A stretch of 42,375 bases of DNA from Eoetvoesiella sp. (GTDB lineage Bacteria; Pseudomonadota; Gammaproteobacteria; Burkholderiales; Burkholderiaceae_B). Under the pieces are notes generated by a model. That model did no database searches. It worked only from the letters and a program-made list of their open reading frames with translations, and had not been told where the DNA came from. The DNA lies in NCBI GenBank assembly GCA_036567205.1, contig DATCVA010000035.1, positions 1-42,375 of the forward strand, read 5' to 3'. Position numbers and translations under genes: made by a program. Shown here in pieces: positions 39,764 to 42,375 of this stretch (within the stretch, counting starts at the first letter, position 1; each line of letters begins with the position of its first letter).

Positions 39764-41190
39764 TGACAAACAACCCATCCTTGCCCGTTACTCAACAATT
39801 AGCGGATTTTGTGTCTTCGCTGGATTGGGACGCGGCCTCTCCCCGTGTCCGATCTCTAATTCCGCTTTTACTGGTGGATATCTTTCGCGCGGCGGCCATT
39901 GGCAGCGATAAGCCCTGGACTCATAGCGTTGAAAAGCTCTTGGGCGGTCCAACGGATACGGTCGCGTCCGCCGGCGCGGCGAATGGGCTTATGGCCCAAC
40001 AAGCCGCCTTGTTTTATTCGAACCAGCAGGCTTCGCCGGCTTATGCGGCGTTTATTAACGGCACGGCCTGCGGCAGCCTGGATTGGGATGACTCGCATGT
40101 TGCGGCCATCATCCATCCCGGTATTTGCGTCTGGCCCGCCGCCCTGGCGGTGGCCGAAGCGGTACAAGCCAACGGACGGCAATTGCTGACCGCCGTCCTG
40201 GCGGGCTATGAAGTGGCCATCCGTATCGGTATGGCGATTCAACCGGAACATTCGTTGCGCGGCTTTCAAGGAACCCCCACTTGCGGCGTGTTCGGTGCAG
40301 CGGCGGCCAGCGCCAAGCTGCTGCAGCTGTCCGCTGAGCAAACCCGCAACGCGCTAGGGATCGCCGCGTCATTTGCCTGCGGTATTTCCCAGTTTTTTGT
40401 ATCTGGCTCCGATATTAAACGGATTCATGCCGGCAAAGCTGCGGCCAATGGGGTCGAGGCAGCCTTTTTGGCAAACGCCGGCCTAAGCGGGCCTCACGAT
40501 GCCATCGAAGGTGTACAGGGGTTTGGCCGAGCCTTCTCCGATCGCTTCGATCCGGAGCGGGCGCTTGAAAACCTTGGGCATACGTTTCCCACGGAGTGGA
40601 TCTCGCTCAAGACGCATGTCGGTAGCGTACGCATGCAGGCAGCCATTGAAGCAGCCGGGGTTCTGGCACGCAGCGGCGTGGCGATGGAAGACGTGGCTTC
40701 GATTGAAATTGGCGTTCACCGGGCCATGATCGGCAAGCTGACCGCCAACCAGCCCATCAATTCACAACACGCTCAGCTAAGCACCCCATTTGCCGTGGCC
40801 ATGGCAATGCAACTGGCGCCGCAACGAAGTGGGCCGTTCATTTTGTCGATCGATGACTATGACCGCTGCTTGAATGATGAGCAGGTCCGCGACTTGTCAG
40901 CCCGCATCGAGTGCGCCGCCGATCCGGACGTTGAACGGCTGACCACCGCTGAGTCCGTGCCAGCCCGAGTCACCTGCCTTATGCGCGACGGACGTCGCTT
41001 CGAGCAGTTCATCGAGCACCCCAAAGGCTGTCCACAAAATCCGTTGACGCCGGATGAGATTTTTGACCGTTTCAAGTCAATTGCCGGTGCGCGCTGCGAG
41101 CAGCAGGCTATCGAAACCTGGCTGACTCACGTGCGCCAGCTGGAGAGCTTGCCATCCATAAAACCATTGCTGGCGCTGCGCCCGCGGTAA
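39763..41190 (+). CDS. MmgE/PrpD-family protein (2-methylcitrate dehydratase superfamily)
   Basis: 475 aa. The start overlaps the Bug stop by 1 nt. PrpD-like features include LADFVSSLDWD, DWDDSH and the GFQGTPTCGVFGAAAA region. Confidence 0.85.
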   Translation: MTNNPSLPVTQQLADFVSSLDWDAASPRVRSLIPLLLVDIFRAAAIGSDKPWTHSVEKLLGGPTDTVASAGAANGLMAQQAALFYSNQQASPAYAAFINGTACGSLDWDDSHVAAIIHPGICVWPAALAVAEAVQANGRQLLTAVLAGYEVAIRIGMAIQPEHSLRGFQGTPTCGVFGAAAASAKLLQLSAEQTRNALGIAASFACGISQFFVSGSDIKRIHAGKAAANGVEAAFLANAGLSGPHDAIEGVQGFGRAFSDRFDPERALENLGHTFPTEWISLKTHVGSVRMQAAIEAAGVLARSGVAMEDVASIEIGVHRAMIGKLTANQPINSQHAQLSTPFAVAMAMQLAPQRSGPFILSIDDYDRCLNDEQVRDLSARIECAADPDVERLTTAESVPARVTCLMRDGRRFEQFIEHPKGCPQNPLTPDEIFDRFKSIAGARCEQQAIETWLTHVRQLESLPSIKPLLALRPR

Positions 41191-41219
41191 GACAAAATCA
41201 AAGTCAAAGGTCCAAAGCT

Positions 41220-42375
41220 ATGAACCCTGTTTCTCCTACCCTTGCCTTGTCTGATTTCGCCGCTGACCTGTCTTACGACAGCCTGCCGCAGAATGTGCGC
41301 GATTTGTTGTTTGTATGTGCGCTGGACTACCTGCGCGTGGCATCGATTGGCGAGCGCATGCCCTGGAGCGCCTGGACGCGCGAGTACATCAAGAAAACGG
41401 GTGCCAGCGGCACCGCGTCCTTACTGTATTCCAGCCATCAAACCGACCCCGCCAGCGCTGCCTTTCAAAATACAATTTACGCTGGCAGTATTGATGCGGA
41501 TGATACGCATGTGGGCGCCATGTTGCATCCGGGCAGCGTTGTATTTTCAGCGGCCCTGGCCATGGGCCAAGACCGCCATTTGTCAGGAAAGCAGGTGCTG
41601 GCTGCCGTGGCAGCGGGCTACGAAGCCATGATTCGTATCGCTCTTTGCGTACAACCCGGGCATTTTCAGCGCGGCTTTCAAAGTACTGCCACCTGCGGCG
41701 TGTTCGGTTCGGCAACGGCGGCGTCCATGCTCCTGTTTACTCAGCCCGATCGCCCTCGGCGAATCGCGGAGACCCTTGGCCTGGCGGCCTCGACAAGCGC
41801 CGGTCTGGTGCAGTTCTTTCATTCAGGCTCTACCGTCAAACGCCTGCACGCCGCGCAAGCCGCGCGCTCGGGCGTCCAATCCGCCTTGCTGGCTGAATCC
41901 GGTTTCTCGGGACCCACCGACATTCTGGAGGGGCAGGACGGATTTGCCCGCGCTTACTCCGATCACGCGGACTTTTCCCCTCTGTTTGATGGCCTGGGTA
42001 CCACCTACCGCTTGCTCGAGGTCGCCTTCAAACCCCACGCCTGCAGTGCCCGCGTGCAATCCGCCATTGAAGCAGCGGCCACACTGTGTCGGCAACACAA
42101 CCTAGGTCCCGCCGATATTGCAGCGATTATCTTAGGCATCCCCAGCGTTATCCAAGGCCGGTTGACGGGTACCGAACCCGATAGCTTGCAGGCCGCTCAA
42201 ATGAGTTCGCCGTTCAGTGTGGCGCTGGCCATTGACAAGGGGCGACACTCAGACGCGTTCTCGTTGAGTGTGGATGACTTTGAAGCAGGACTGCTCAACC
42301 CTGCCATCAAACAGCTTTCAGCCCGGGTACAGTGCGTACTGGATGACGAAGTTGAACGGACAAGCACCGGTGAAT
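41220..42375 (+). CDS. Second MmgE/PrpD-family protein, 3' end outside the window
   Basis: Not in the ORF track because it has no stop within the window. My manual translation from the ATG at 41220 gives MNPVSPTLALSDFAADLSYDSLPQNVRD...DADDTHVGAMLHPGS...GFQSTATCGVFGSATAA, a paralog of the preceding gene. Confidence 0.8.
   Translation, partial: MNPVSPTLALSDFAADLSYDSLPQNVRDLLFVCALDYLRVASIGERMPWSAWTREYIKKTGASGTASLLYSSHQTDPASAAFQNTIYAGSIDADDTHVGAMLHPGSVVFSAALAMGQDRHLSGKQVLAAVAAGYEAMIRIALCVQPGHFQRGFQSTATCGVFGSATAASMLLFTQPDRPRRIAETLGLAASTSAGLVQFFHSGSTVKRLHAAQAARSGVQSALLAESGFSGPTDILEGQDGFARAYSDHADFSPLFDGLGTTYRLLEVAFKPHACSARVQSAIEAAATLCRQHNLGPADIAAIILGIPSVIQGRLTGTEPDSLQAAQMSSPFSVALAIDKGRHSDAFSLSVDDFEAGLLNPAIKQLSARVQCVLDDEVERTSTGE

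Noticed and set aside
41242-42105. Several track ORFs (41242..41631, 41389..41715, 41645..41896, 41776..42105, 41823..42098).
   Set aside because: All are out of frame with, or antisense to, the open-ended PrpD-family reading frame that starts at 41220. That frame gives a clean paralog of the upstream gene.

Overview
This is a chromosomal window from a betaproteobacterium of the Alcaligenaceae/Bordetella type. I infer that from four Bug/TctC-family periplasmic receptors, a tctDE-tctCBA (bct-like) locus, and a urease operon in the order ureD-A-J-B-C-E-F-G. From left to right the content is:
- a cspA-family gene and a YbdL-like aminotransferase
- the tricarboxylate transporter locus with its two-component system
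- a 1.1-kb ORF-free AT-rich gap
- a PPP-family metallophosphoesterase
- the complete urease operon
- a RIO-type kinase
- a LysR regulator with a three-component Rieske dioxygenase and a Bug receptor
- mnmE, a yciI-like gene and a catalase
- an amidase-Bug operon with a divergent LysR regulator
- the conserved yidC-yidD-rnpA-rpmH | dnaA-dnaN-gyrB neighbourhood
- a relic of an XRE-type HTH gene and an hdeD-like gene
- a Bug receptor followed by two tandem MmgE/PrpD-family genes, the last running off the window.

I recognised no defence system, mobile element, CRISPR array, tRNA or rRNA. The most unusual structure is the gap at 7424-8546. It holds two ~230-bp modules that align without gaps, exactly 761 bp apart. 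Each has an AT-rich tract followed by an inverted pair of DnaA boxes offset by exactly 180 bp, which is an oriC-like layout occurring twice. I propose it as a candidate, possibly duplicated, replication origin or DnaA-regulatory locus, about 24 kb from dnaA on the rpmH side.

All functional calls come from motif and family recognition by eye; no database search or computation was run. Start codons were refined from the ORF track where an internal ATG with a better context exists.
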